Assembly: GCA_050173015.1 (NCBI GenBank)
Contig: JBFXLE010000006.1
Span: 1 to 64,000, forward strand
Direction: 5' to 3'
Length of the DNA: 64,000 nucleotides
Source of the DNA: Calditrichaceae bacterium
Lineage (GTDB): Bacteria; Calditrichota; Calditrichia; Calditrichales; JBFXGD01
Each line of letters starts with the position of its first letter. Position 1 is the first letter of the stretch. The notes below the pieces were generated by a model. That model did no database searches and had not been told where the DNA came from. It was given only the letters and a program-made list of their open reading frames with translations. Below are positions 38,902 to 49,048 of the stretch, piece after piece. The position numbers were made by a program, and so were the translations under genes.

Positions 38902-40161
38902 ATGTCTAAATTTATTATCGAGGGCGGTAACCCTCTGAACGGTGAAATAAAAGTGGCGGGTAACAAGAACGCGGCGTTGCCCATCATCGCGGCTGCCGCG
39001 CTAACGGATGAAGATTGCATTATAGAAAACTTACCGGCTATCCGTGATGTGGATGTAATGCTTGAAATTCTGGCGGATTTGGGAAAAAGCGTAGAGAGAA
39101 CGGCGCCGAATGTTTATAAAATCAGTGGCGCGATTGCCAAAACCAGGGTTAACGACGCGCTTGCCAATAAATTGCGCGCTTCCATTCTTTATCTGAGTGT
39201 GATTCTGGCAAAGACCGGTGAGGTGGAAATGGTGCCTCCGGGCGGTTGTATTATTGGCCGGAGAAATGTGGACAGCCATTTTGATGTCATTGAATCATTC
39301 GGGGCTACTCTGGAATTCGATGAAAAAAACTATAAAGCGAATTTATCATCTCCACGGGCGCCGTATATATTCCTGAAAGAGGCCTCGGTCACGGCAACAG
39401 AAAACGCCATGCTGCTCGCCGCTTCTGTCACGGGGGAAACCACCATAGAAAACGCGGCCAGTGAACCGCATGTATCCGATTTGGCGGATGTGCTGAAAAA
39501 GATGGGCGCGGGAATCAGCGGCAGGGGAACTAACCGGCTTAGCATTTCCGGTAAAGAGAAACTGAGCGGATTCAGACACCGGATTATGCCGGATCATATC
39601 GAAGCGGGCACTTTGGCGATCGCCGCCGCGGCGACAAAAGGGGAAATGATTATTCACGACGCCTATCGTGAACATCTGCGGATGACCTATCATTATATGA
39701 AGCAGATGAATATTGATTTGGAGTTTCTTGATCATCAGACGCTAAAAGTGCGGCCATCCGATCCCGTCTCCCAGGCTAAAAAGATTCAGGTGGGTTTATG
39801 GCCGGGATTCCCGACCGATTTGATGAGCCCGATGATCGTTTTGGCGACCCAGGCAAAAGGGACAACACTTTGTCATGACTGGATGTTTGAAGGGCGAATG
39901 TTTTTTGTGGATAAACTGATCATCATGGGGGCGCAGATTGTGCAGTGTGATCCGCATCGTGTGCTGGTTTCCGGTCCGACCATGTTGCGCGGCCAGGAGC
40001 TTAGCAGTCCGGATATCCGCGCCGGTATCGCTCTGGTGATCGCCGCGTTGACAGCCAGAGGTATGAGCCGGATAGACCGGGTTGAGTTGGTTGACAGGGG
40101 GTACGAAGATATTGCCGCCCGTTTGAACAAGCTGGGTGCGAGTATTAAGCGAGAACAATAA
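38902..40161 (+). CDS. murA: UDP-N-acetylglucosamine 1-carboxyvinyltransferase
   Basis: GNKNAALP, LRAS, PGGC.IG.R (active Cys), SVTATEN, PGFPTDL, DIRAG, RGYE. Confidence 0.95.
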   Translation: MSKFIIEGGNPLNGEIKVAGNKNAALPIIAAAALTDEDCIIENLPAIRDVDVMLEILADLGKSVERTAPNVYKISGAIAKTRVNDALANKLRASILYLSVILAKTGEVEMVPPGGCIIGRRNVDSHFDVIESFGATLEFDEKNYKANLSSPRAPYIFLKEASVTATENAMLLAASVTGETTIENAASEPHVSDLADVLKKMGAGISGRGTNRLSISGKEKLSGFRHRIMPDHIEAGTLAIAAAATKGEMIIHDAYREHLRMTYHYMKQMNIDLEFLDHQTLKVRPSDPVSQAKKIQVGLWPGFPTDLMSPMIVLATQAKGTTLCHDWMFEGRMFFVDKLIIMGAQIVQCDPHRVLVSGPTMLRGQELSSPDIRAGIALVIAALTARGMSRIDRVELVDRGYEDIAARLNKLGASIKREQ

Positions 40162-40217
40162 AAATAAGGATCAATCCGGGCGGAAAAATGACCGGATTGA
40201 TCGCTTGTATTACCGGA

Positions 40218-41066
40218 TTAAAATTCTTCCACTTCAAGTTGGTTATTTATTAACTTTTCGAGTGTGGTATCCACATCCGGATTGTCCACAAAATAGCATT
40301 TGATATTATTCGCTTTTAATTCTTCAATAAGTCTCGGGCCGGCAGTTCGAGTGAATACCGCCGAGCACCCCTCTAATGTTTTAATCAGATCTGTGTGTGA
40401 ATGATGGCTGTGCCCGTGATCATGATGATGACCCTGACCATGTCCTTGTTCATGATCGTGTTCGTGATGAGGGTGATCATCATGCTTCATCAAATTTTCA
40501 ACCATAGTACGATCAGTTATTTTATTTCCGTTTATGGTTACAATCAAAAAATGTTTGGTTCTCCCCATGTGGCCGGTGATCGTTTTGCCATTGTTGGTGC
40601 TGAAAGCAATCTTAGTCTGTCCCATATTATCTCCTTTTGATAGATATTCACTTCTTCTTGGATAATGTTTTTGATGATTATTTCCTAACCCAGCTCCCCG
40701 CCCGCAGTTTGGGCAGCAGGGGGATTTAGAGCCCCTGAATTCAACTCGGCAGAAAGGGCATTTGCTATATATTACATCGGAAGCGCTATCCGAATTATTG
40801 AAATAGATTGATTTTTGATTTAGAAGCGCGTCGGCTATTTTTCGAAGGGATTTGTTTAGTATCCGGCCGAATGTTTGTCTTGAAACACCCATGATCTCCG
40901 CGGCATCCTGATGATATAGCCCTTCGTGATAAGCAAGCCGGAATGCTTCGATTTCGTCCGTGTTCAGCTCTACTTTTTCCATAACGGCAGCATCAGAACC
41001 GACAGGCGCCATGGGCAGCAGTTCATGCATCGAATGAATTTTTCTGCATTTATGTGGTCGAGCCAT
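40218..41066 (-). CDS. DUF134 HTH regulator in frame with a His-rich NifB/NifX-family protein (internal start at 40625)
   Basis: MARP.K.R, DE.EA.RL...EGL....AA..MGVSRQTFGRIL, CPFC/CPNC; then AAAGGAGATAATATG-GQTKIAF...HMGR...F with a His-rich loop. Confidence 0.85.
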   Translation of the reverse strand: MARPHKCRKIHSMHELLPMAPVGSDAAVMEKVELNTDEIEAFRLAYHEGLYHQDAAEIMGVSRQTFGRILNKSLRKIADALLNQKSIYFNNSDSASDVIYSKCPFCRVEFRGSKSPCCPNCGRGAGLGNNHQKHYPRRSEYLSKGDNMGQTKIAFSTNNGKTITGHMGRTKHFLIVTINGNKITDRTMVENLMKHDDHPHHEHDHEQGHGQGHHHDHGHSHHSHTDLIKTLEGCSAVFTRTAGPRLIEELKANNIKCYFVDNPDVDTTLEKLINNQLEVEEF

Positions 41067-41077
41067 ATTTTTCCTTA

Positions 41078-41099
41078 ATTATGAGCATATGCCCATAAT
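41078..41099. promoter_or_regulatory. Palindromic operator upstream of the DUF134 gene
   Basis: ATTATGAGCATATGCCCATAAT, a 22-bp palindrome with one mismatch, 11 bp before the ATG. Confidence 0.7.
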
Positions 41100-41212
41100 A
41101 TAAAAATTGTAAATACAAAATCAAACTTATTTTTTGGCAGTTGATGTCTTTCCGTTTTATTTTAAGTTTAATTTTTTCAGGAAATGTTTATATTAGATGA
41201 TTATTTACCGCT

Positions 41213-42223
41213 TTGACTTTGGAAAAAACAATGAGATCAGGCTCTAAAACGTTTCTGCTTATAATCTTTATATTCGCGATTCTGACGTTATTGCTTTCGC
41301 CGTTGATCGGAAGCAGTCCGGTTAATTTTTTGGAAGCCTTTAAGGATCCGTCCTCTGTGAGCGCGCGTATCCTAATGTCGATACGGATGCCGAGAATCGC
41401 GTTTGCTTTTCTGGTGGGCGCGGGGTTGTCCATTGTGGGCGCTGTTTTTCAGGCTCTTCTTCGTAATGATCTGGCGACACCATACACACTTGGTGTATCG
41501 AGCGGCGGAGCATTCGGCGCGGTTGTCGCCATTAAAAGCGGAATCATTTTCAATATCTTTATATTTTCATCCGTTGGTCTTTTTTCAATTGCCGGCAGTC
41601 TTCTCAGTATTTTGATTATTTACCTGATTGCCAGCGGAGACAGGGAATTATCTACTTACACCCTTATTCTCGCCGGGGTTACCATAAGTTTGTTTTTCTC
41701 GGCATTTACGCTTTTTATACACTATATTGCCGATTTTACGGAAACCTACCGGATGGTGCACTGGCTGATGGGGGCTTTGGATGTGACGGACTGGAATTAT
41801 CCTCTGGCAATTTTAATTGTTCTGACGATTGTGTTTGGATATGCATATGTAAACCGTCGCGCTTTTAATCTGATCCTGGCGGGGAATGAGCTGGCTCTCA
41901 GCAAAGGCGTTCAGGTCGATCGACTACAAAAATGGAGTTTTTTTCTTGCGTCGATCCTTGTGGGGATTATTGTATCGATCGCCGGACCGATCGGGTTTGT
42001 GGGATTAATCATTCCTCATGTCCTGAGGCTTTTGACCGGGCCGGATCACCGTACATTGTTTCCGGGAACGATACTTCTTGGCGGCAGTTTTCTGGTATGG
42101 TGCGATACGCTGGCGCGGACGATTATCGCTCCGGCTGAACTGCCTGTGGGAATAATCACTTCCATACTGGGCGGGCCGTTCTTTATTTATCTGCTGATTC
42201 GTAAGAAATCAGAAAGAGTTTAA
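41213..42223 (+). CDS. FecCD/BtuC-family iron-siderophore or B12 ABC permease
   Basis: RMPR, GA.FQALLRN.LA.PY.LGVSSG, G.IGFVGLIIPH, ELPVGIIT...GGPFF. Confidence 0.92.
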   Translation: MTLEKTMRSGSKTFLLIIFIFAILTLLLSPLIGSSPVNFLEAFKDPSSVSARILMSIRMPRIAFAFLVGAGLSIVGAVFQALLRNDLATPYTLGVSSGGAFGAVVAIKSGIIFNIFIFSSVGLFSIAGSLLSILIIYLIASGDRELSTYTLILAGVTISLFFSAFTLFIHYIADFTETYRMVHWLMGALDVTDWNYPLAILIVLTIVFGYAYVNRRAFNLILAGNELALSKGVQVDRLQKWSFFLASILVGIIVSIAGPIGFVGLIIPHVLRLLTGPDHRTLFPGTILLGGSFLVWCDTLARTIIAPAELPVGIITSILGGPFFIYLLIRKKSERV

Positions 42224-42341
42224 GAGCGAAGATAAGAGAAAAAAGATCTAAGAAAAGAACATCCGGGAAACGGGCAGAAGTTCCGGCCATAAATCATCTT
42301 CCAACTGATTCAATACAGAATACAAGCTCTTCTCTCTTTTC

Positions 42342-43040
42342 TCTTAACTCTTAACTCTTAACTCTTTTCTCTTAACGCTCTTTAATTCTTACTTCCTACT
42401 TCCTACTTTCCACTTTTCTTCTTCTCCCTACTTTTTGAATGGCCAAAAAGTAGCAAAAAGCCCTTGCGAATTTTAACTCGTGTTTCATTTATCTATTTTT
42501 AAATTTATTGCACTCGAACAGAAAATTCACCCCAAAGAATCTTTATTTTTCATCCTTCCAGGGTAGCCAAAGATGCCTGCGGCATGACATACGGGTAGAT
42601 TAACCGGATTCACCGCGGTTAACTATGACATCGCCTGCCCGGATTCGGCCGCCCCTACTCTTAACTCTTTTCTCTTTTTTCTTTTATCTTTTATCTTTTT
42701 TCTTACTTCTCACTTCCTACTTCTCACTTCTTACTTCCTACTTCTTCTAACCCACCCCGGGCCTGATAAATCATGCCCTTCCCATCCCTTATGCATGAGG
42801 GAGGGGATCGAGGGGAGGGTCAGTATCCTGCTGAACAGAAAATTCGCCCCAAAGAATCTTTTTTTTACATCCTTCCAGGGTAGCCAAAGATGCCTGCGGC
42901 ATGACATACGGGTAGATTAACCGGTTTCATCGCGAATGCCTATGACATCGCCTGCCCGGATTCGGCCGCCCCTACTCTTAACTCTTTTCTCTTTTTTCTT
43001 TTATCTTTTTTCTTACTTCTTACTTCTTACTTCTTACTTC
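42342..43040. repeat. Composite repeat region: two ~210-bp direct copies (starting 42516 and 42833) plus pyrimidine-rich heptamer runs
   Basis: GAACAGAAAATTC.CCCCAAAGAATC...CATCCTTCCAGGGTAGCCAAAGATGCCTGCGGCATGACATACGGGTAGATTAACCGG...GGATTCGGCCGCCCCTACTCTTAACTC appears twice; runs of (CTTAACT)n, (CTTCTTA)n and (CTTCCTA)n. Confidence 0.9.
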
Positions 43041-43932
43041 CCTCTTCCCCGCAATAGTCAAATTTATACAGTTCCCCGTCCTTGTCTTCGAGGTAATAGA
43101 GCCGGCAGTCAGTCGATGCGGCAAATTTTTCACTCGTCATATTAAGATGACCTAAACCATTCGCATTATCATTCACCACATAAATCTCTGCTTTTGTATA
43201 TGGATAACTGTAAATTCCGGAGATTTTTCGGGCCATTTTGAGTAAGTCCGGGTCTTTTGTATTTTCCGGAACGGCGATATTTAACAAAACCTGGTATGGT
43301 TTTGGTGTTTTTAGAGAAACCAGCCAGCCGTAATCCAGAACGGGAACGGGGATTTCATTATCGCCGATCGCCGGAAGATGCGCTTTTGTGAATAGTTCCT
43401 GTGTGGCAGGTTTCATCACCCTTATTTCTATGTCACCCTGATACACCACTTCCTGATATGCTTCTCCAATATTTCGGGCCTGGGCTTTCGCGCTGCTTTC
43501 TGATATGTAATATTTTTCGGGCAGGATCAGATAAATGGTGCGGTACAATTCCGTTTTGTCAAAGTATAATTCACTCTGAAACGCAGGAAGAGTACTGTCC
43601 GCAAAGGCTGCCGCCATGCGGGTGTGACTCAGTGAGCGCGGTCCGATAAGATCACTTCGAATCCAGCCGTGAATATGATTTTCTGTGGATATTTCATACC
43701 ATCCGTGGACATTTCGGTGAATCCTTACTTCATCACCGTCATTTAGTGTGTTCACCACTTCAGATCGTGTATTGCCCTGCGCGCGCAGATTTACTTTTTC
43801 TTTTAGAACATATCCGGTTCTTAAAGAACCCGCGGCTGAGCTTTTATCCCCGGGTAATTCTTTTCGGACAGGCTGGGGGCTGCAGGCGATCATCGCATAC
43901 AGTAATACAATTACGGTTATTAATCTATACAT
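43027..43932 (-). CDS. SH3b-domain lipoprotein
   Basis: Lipobox MIAC; VNLRA......VV..L..G..V......GWYEI......GWI. Confidence 0.8.
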   Translation of the reverse strand: MYRLITVIVLLYAMIACSPQPVRKELPGDKSSAAGSLRTGYVLKEKVNLRAQGNTRSEVVNTLNDGDEVRIHRNVHGWYEISTENHIHGWIRSDLIGPRSLSHTRMAAAFADSTLPAFQSELYFDKTELYRTIYLILPEKYYISESSAKAQARNIGEAYQEVVYQGDIEIRVMKPATQELFTKAHLPAIGDNEIPVPVLDYGWLVSLKTPKPYQVLLNIAVPENTKDPDLLKMARKISGIYSYPYTKAEIYVVNDNANGLGHLNMTSEKFAASTDCRLYYLEDKDGELYKFDYCGEEGSKK

Positions 43933-44019
43933 TGGTAACTCCGGAAAATATCATAAATATTGATTTAAAGTTGGCAAAATTAAGCAATCAGAGGGCATTT
44001 TACAAATTTTATAAGACGC

Positions 44020-44937
44020 TCAGAACAGGTCTTCCATATATTGATAATCCATAAGCGCATTGGCGACAGTCGGGCTTTCAGGAAGGATGTATCGTGAGAT
44101 CCGTTCCCTAACGCCATCCGGAATCTCCGTTCTGGATAATACGAAACAGGTTATTTTACCGGAAGCGGTACTGGTTGAAATATCGAATTTTAATAACAAT
44201 TTATGATAAATTTCCTCACTAAAGGACCTGTTTGGATTGATAATATCTTTGATGAAAAAACCATATTCTCCTGACAATCTTAAAAAATGACGGGTAATAT
44301 ATCCATAGTGTGTGCAGCCCAAAAATATACTGATAGCCGATTCGGGCCGCGTCTGGGAATGTATCTTCGTGTATAGTTGATGAATGATCGAATCAATTCG
44401 TTGACCCTCGGCGTCATTTTCGATTTCGGAGGCGAGCGTTCCCGCCGAAATCGGGTATATTTTCTCCGAAGGGTGATTATAAATTCCAGAATCTATCGTT
44501 GTGGGAGCGGCTGGCACGTAGACCGGGATACCGGGATATTCCTCAAGATATTTATCCACGATCCGCCTACCCGTCGCGCTGATCCTGTAAACATGAGGAG
44601 GATTTGTTTGAGAATAAGCCGTATGAGGATAAATCGCCGACAAAGTGTTGCAGGCGATGGCGGTGAGGGCGGGAGAGAATCGCTTCTCCACAGCTTGAAG
44701 AACACGGTCAAATGCCCCTGCTTTCTGCTTCATACCGGTCATTTTATTATATCCGGTATCGTCAGCATAGAGCGCGTTTACAAAAAGCAGGTTTATATCA
44801 GGCAGATAACGGGAAGATTTCTTGAGCAAATTGAAAAAATTGGCCATAACGGAGAGTCCTCCCAGGCCGGAATCAATAAATACAAGATTGATCGCATTTG
44901 ATTTCATAATCCGGACGTCGTTAAATCTACCGCTCAT
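44020..44937 (-). CDS. murI: Glutamate racemase-like (Asp/Glu racemase)
   Basis: DSGLGGLSV, IACNT and LGCTHY with both catalytic Cys; divergent elsewhere. Confidence 0.7.
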   Translation of the reverse strand: MSGRFNDVRIMKSNAINLVFIDSGLGGLSVMANFFNLLKKSSRYLPDINLLFVNALYADDTGYNKMTGMKQKAGAFDRVLQAVEKRFSPALTAIACNTLSAIYPHTAYSQTNPPHVYRISATGRRIVDKYLEEYPGIPVYVPAAPTTIDSGIYNHPSEKIYPISAGTLASEIENDAEGQRIDSIIHQLYTKIHSQTRPESAISIFLGCTHYGYITRHFLRLSGEYGFFIKDIINPNRSFSEEIYHKLLLKFDISTSTASGKITCFVLSRTEIPDGVRERISRYILPESPTVANALMDYQYMEDLF

Positions 44938-44991
44938 AATGTAGCATGAAGCGGAATATCAATCAACAGAAGTTCAAAATGATAAAAATTT

Positions 44992-45312
44992 TCAGGATCC
45001 CCGCTGCGCCAGAAAATTTGAAATCGCCATTTCTTTTTCCGCCTCTTCAATCATATTTTTCTGAACATAAAGTCGGGAAAGAGCCGTATGCGCGAGGGGA
45101 TCATGCTTATTAATTTCGATCCATTTTTGTACCACAGGTATCGCTTCATCTACTTTTCCGGAGCGGTTATAACATTCCGCGAGCGCGCTGTAGGCGGATT
45201 CATATTTCTCGTCTATATTAATCGCCCGCCGGAAAAAATTAATAGCGGCGTCAAATTCCTGTTTTGCAAAATGCGCGAGACCGGCATTAAAACACTCTTG
45301 TTTTGTCAACAT
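44992..45312 (-). CDS. Small TPR protein
   Basis: TPR helices; start at MLTKQ after GGAG. Confidence 0.8.
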   Translation of the reverse strand: MLTKQECFNAGLAHFAKQEFDAAINFFRRAINIDEKYESAYSALAECYNRSGKVDEAIPVVQKWIEINKHDPLAHTALSRLYVQKNMIEEAEKEMAISNFLAQRGS

Positions 45313-45529
45313 TTCTCCAATCGATTTATTATTTGTATGAGTAACGCAGGGAGGGGTATAAATATTTACAAAAATTAAAGATTGTTGTCTGTTCAGTCCT
45401 GAATTAATCAAAAAACTACGCTTTAATTTTTGATTTTATCAATGATTTGTTAAATTTGAGTCTCAATACGGATAAAGTTGCGAACAAAATTGATTTACAC
45501 GGTATAAATATCAAAAATGACGCGTTAAA

Positions 45530-46375
45530 ATGGTTAAATCGTCAGAAGTGAAAGACACAATCCTGGATATCGTTAAACGGGCGCTTGCCGAAGACATCGG
45601 TGACGGTGATGTAACATCAGCCTGCACTGTTCCGGAGAATACCCGCGCCGCCGGACGAATGATTGCAAAAGAAGCGGGTGTTGTTGCCGGTCTTGAAGTC
45701 GCGGGAACGGTTTTTGCCGCCGTAGATAAAATGATCAATTTTGTTCCTGTTATTCAGGACGGAGCGGTTGTGGCGAAGGGCGATTTGATTGCCCGTATCA
45801 ACGGGCCGGCGCGTTCGATACTTGAGGCGGAGAGGGTGGCGCTTAATTTTCTGCAGCGAATGTCGGGTATAGCGACCTTGACGAATAAATTTGTAAAAGC
45901 TGTTGAGGGCACCTCCGCGGTTATTCTTGATACGAGAAAGACCGCCCCTGGTCTGCGGTTGACTGATAAATGGGCGGTACGACTGGGAGGCGGACAGAAT
46001 CACCGTATCGGTTTGTATGATATGGTCATGATCAAAGATAATCATATCGCGGCTGTCGGGAGTATTACAAAAGCGGTCGCCCAGGTGAAAGAAAAGGATG
46101 AACGAAAACGATCCATAGAAGTGGAAGTTAAAAATCTTAAAGAACTAAGAGAAGCGCTTGGTCTGAAAATTGACCGGATTATGCTTGATAATATGTCATT
46201 GGAAGTGATGAAGCAAGCGGTAAAACTAACCGATGGCAGAATTCCGCTTGAAGCGTCCGGCAATGTCAACCCGGATACGGTTGCCGGGATTGCGGCCACA
46301 GGTGTGGATTACATTTCTGTCGGAATGCTGACCCACTCGGTCAAAGCGCTGGATATTAGTCTTTTATTGGATTAG
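45530..46375 (+). CDS. nadC: Quinolinate phosphoribosyltransferase
   Basis: ED...GDVT, ERVALN, DTRKT.PG, HR.GL.D..MIKDNH, EVEV, MLDN, EASG. Confidence 0.97.
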   Translation: MVKSSEVKDTILDIVKRALAEDIGDGDVTSACTVPENTRAAGRMIAKEAGVVAGLEVAGTVFAAVDKMINFVPVIQDGAVVAKGDLIARINGPARSILEAERVALNFLQRMSGIATLTNKFVKAVEGTSAVILDTRKTAPGLRLTDKWAVRLGGGQNHRIGLYDMVMIKDNHIAAVGSITKAVAQVKEKDERKRSIEVEVKNLKELREALGLKIDRIMLDNMSLEVMKQAVKLTDGRIPLEASGNVNPDTVAGIAATGVDYISVGMLTHSVKALDISLLLD

Positions 46376-46396
46376 TCAATTTTTGGAGGAAAATCA

Positions 46397-47437
46397 ATGT
46401 CTGTTGATCAGATATATAATGAAATGAAAGAGCGGCTGTCAAAGGTCCTTCCGGATGGTGAGTTAAAATACAAAGCGCAATTGGTTTATGAGATAAACCG
46501 TCTGAAAAAAGAGAAAAACGCCGTAATCCTGGGACATAATTATATGGAGCCTGCTCTGTTTTATTTCGTCCCGGATATCAAGGGCGATTCACTTGAGCTC
46601 AGCCGAAAAGCGGCAGAAGTGAAGGAAGATACAATTGTATTCTGTGGCGTCCGTTTCATGGCCGAAACGGCGAAAATTCTGAGTCCCGAAAAAACGGTTT
46701 TGCTGCCGGCGAAAAAAGCGGGTTGTTCTCTGGCGGAGAGCATCACCGCGGAAGATGTCAGAAAACTGAAGCAGAAATTCCCCGGTGTTCCGGTTGTGAC
46801 CTATGTGAACAGTTACGCGGATGTTAAGGCGGAAAGCGATATTTGCTGTACTTCAGGGAACGCGGCGGCCGTAGTGGAGTCTCTCGGAACAGATACGGTT
46901 ATTTTTCTTCCGGACGAATATCTTGCAAAAAATGTTGCCAGGGACACCGGAAAGCATATCATTTTCCCGTCCGTTCTGCCTGGAGATAAAATCGGTGGTG
47001 AATCCGGGCTGGATTACCAGATGATCGGCTGGAAAGGGCGTTGTGAAGTGCACGAGAAATTCACGACGGAAGATATAGACACTGTCAGGAAACAATTTTC
47101 GGATGTGGTTATTCTAGCTCACCCTGAGTGCAGTCCGGAAGTCACCGGAGCGGCCGATTTCTCCGGAAGCACATCAGCTATGATTCGTTTTGTTAGGGAA
47201 TCATCCGCCCCGCATTATCTTCTGCTGACCGAATGTTCCATGGGGGATAATATCGCGGCGGCAAATCCGGACAAAGACATGCTTCGTTTGTGCAGTGTCC
47301 GCTGTCCTCATATGAATGAAATTACATTGGAAGATACTTTAGACTCTCTGAAATACAACCGGTATCAAATAGAAGTGCCGGAAGAAATCCGTGTGAAAGC
47401 CGCCCTGGCGGTTGAACGAATGATCCGGATCGGTTAA
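46397..47437 (+). CDS. nadA: Quinolinate synthase
   Basis: HNY, GDSL, CGV.FMAE, AGCSLA, YVNS, C.VH, HPEC, CPHM. Confidence 0.97.
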   Translation: MSVDQIYNEMKERLSKVLPDGELKYKAQLVYEINRLKKEKNAVILGHNYMEPALFYFVPDIKGDSLELSRKAAEVKEDTIVFCGVRFMAETAKILSPEKTVLLPAKKAGCSLAESITAEDVRKLKQKFPGVPVVTYVNSYADVKAESDICCTSGNAAAVVESLGTDTVIFLPDEYLAKNVARDTGKHIIFPSVLPGDKIGGESGLDYQMIGWKGRCEVHEKFTTEDIDTVRKQFSDVVILAHPECSPEVTGAADFSGSTSAMIRFVRESSAPHYLLLTECSMGDNIAAANPDKDMLRLCSVRCPHMNEITLEDTLDSLKYNRYQIEVPEEIRVKAALAVERMIRIG

Positions 47438-47450
47438 GGAAAATCAATTT

Positions 47451-49019
47451 ATGAGTATTTGCTATGAATCGGAAGTTCTGGTTATCGGAAGCGGCATAGC
47501 GGGAAGTATCGCTGCCCTTGAATTAGCTGAAAAAGGTGTCGAAGTCGTCCTGGTCACGAGGGCATCGGAGCCATCTGACTCTAATACTTACTACGCGCAG
47601 GGCGGTATCGTTTACCGCGGCATAAATGACACGCCCGATTCATTAATCAGGGACATTAATAATGCCGGCGGTAATCACTGCAATCCGCGGGCGGTCACGA
47701 TTCTGGCAAAAGATGGCCCGGAGCTCGTGCGGCAGCTTCTGATGGAGAAATACGGCGTTGAGTTTGATAAAACAGATAAAGGTGAATTATCTCTGGTGAA
47801 TGAAGGTGGACATTCGGTCGCGCGGATCGTTCACGCCAGTGACGCCACCGGAAAAGTCATCGAAATAGCTCTGGCGAATGCCGTCAAAGATCACCCTAAA
47901 ATAAAACTGCTCACCAGGCATACGGCGGTGGATCTGCTGACGCCTCACCATCATTCAATAGACAGTCTCGCCGTGTATGAACCGCGATCCTGTATCGGCG
48001 CATACGTGCTTGAGCAGGATTCAGGCCGGGTTGTACGTTGCATGGCTAAAAAAACCATTGTCGCGACCGGCGGACTCGGGCAGATATACCTTAGAACCAC
48101 CAATCCGGCCGGGGCGCGCGGTGACGGGGTTGCCATGGCATACCGGAGCGGAGCAAGAGTTATAAACAGCGAATTTATACAGTTTCACCCCACCACATTT
48201 TTTCACCGAAACGCGCCCTTGTATCTGATTTCTGAAGCTGTCCGCGGCGCGGGAGCGCGTCTTGTAAATGCTGATGGTAAGCCGTTCATGCAGAAGTATG
48301 AACCAAAATGGAAGGATTTGGCGCCCAGGGATCTTGTCGCGCGCAGTATTCACCAGGAAATGCTTCTGCAGGGAGTACCGAATGTATATCTTGACCTGGC
48401 ATCCTATCTGCCGCCCGCAAAAATAAAAAAAGAATTTCCGAATATTTATAAGAATTGTATTGAATATGGTGTGGATATATCCAAAGACCTTGTACCGGTT
48501 GTTCCGGCTGCCCATTACGCATGCGGTGGTATATGGGTGGATGAGTGGGGGCTGACTACAATTGATAACTGTTATGCGGTAGGTGAGATCGCATGCACAG
48601 GTGTCCACGGAGCGAACCGTCTGGCCAGTACTTCTCTCTTGGAAGGTCTCGTGTGGGGTAAACGCGCGGCCGATCATATCAGTCAAAATCTGAAAAACAC
48701 ACCATCGCCTGATCCATTGAATATTCCGGCCTGGCAGGATGCCGGTCTTGAAGTTCCGGATCCCGCTTTGATAAGTCAGGATCTCTCATATATTAAAAAC
48801 ATCATGTGGAATTATGTAGGTCTGATAAGAACCACAAAGCGTCTGGAAAGAGCGCTGCGCGACCTGCGCGATCTTGAAAACGAAATCGAAGAATTTTATC
48901 GTGTCACACGTGTGACGGACAGCCTTATCGGTCTTCGCAACGTAGTGCGTACCGCAATTATTGTCACTTCAGCCGCCTGGGAGAACAAACGGAGCGTCGG
49001 TTGTCATTATCGTGAATAA
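47451..49019 (+). CDS. nadB: L-aspartate oxidase
   Basis: GSGIAG, AQGGI, EGGHS..RI.H, QFHPT, SEAVRG, HY.CGG, HGANRLAS.SLLE. Confidence 0.96.
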   Translation: MSICYESEVLVIGSGIAGSIAALELAEKGVEVVLVTRASEPSDSNTYYAQGGIVYRGINDTPDSLIRDINNAGGNHCNPRAVTILAKDGPELVRQLLMEKYGVEFDKTDKGELSLVNEGGHSVARIVHASDATGKVIEIALANAVKDHPKIKLLTRHTAVDLLTPHHHSIDSLAVYEPRSCIGAYVLEQDSGRVVRCMAKKTIVATGGLGQIYLRTTNPAGARGDGVAMAYRSGARVINSEFIQFHPTTFFHRNAPLYLISEAVRGAGARLVNADGKPFMQKYEPKWKDLAPRDLVARSIHQEMLLQGVPNVYLDLASYLPPAKIKKEFPNIYKNCIEYGVDISKDLVPVVPAAHYACGGIWVDEWGLTTIDNCYAVGEIACTGVHGANRLASTSLLEGLVWGKRAADHISQNLKNTPSPDPLNIPAWQDAGLEVPDPALISQDLSYIKNIMWNYVGLIRTTKRLERALRDLRDLENEIEEFYRVTRVTDSLIGLRNVVRTAIIVTSAAWENKRSVGCHYRE

Positions 49020-49048
49020 CCTGTTTGAAATCACACTATAAAAAGAGT

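Noticed and set aside
42936-43145. ORFs 42936-43145 and 60641-60832 with FLLLTSYF-like text
   Set aside because: These are translations of the pyrimidine heptamer repeats, not credible proteins.
45450-45530. NrtR/NiaR operator upstream of nadCAB
   Set aside because: Only weak partial symmetry in AT-rich DNA; the spacing does not fit GT-N7-AC.
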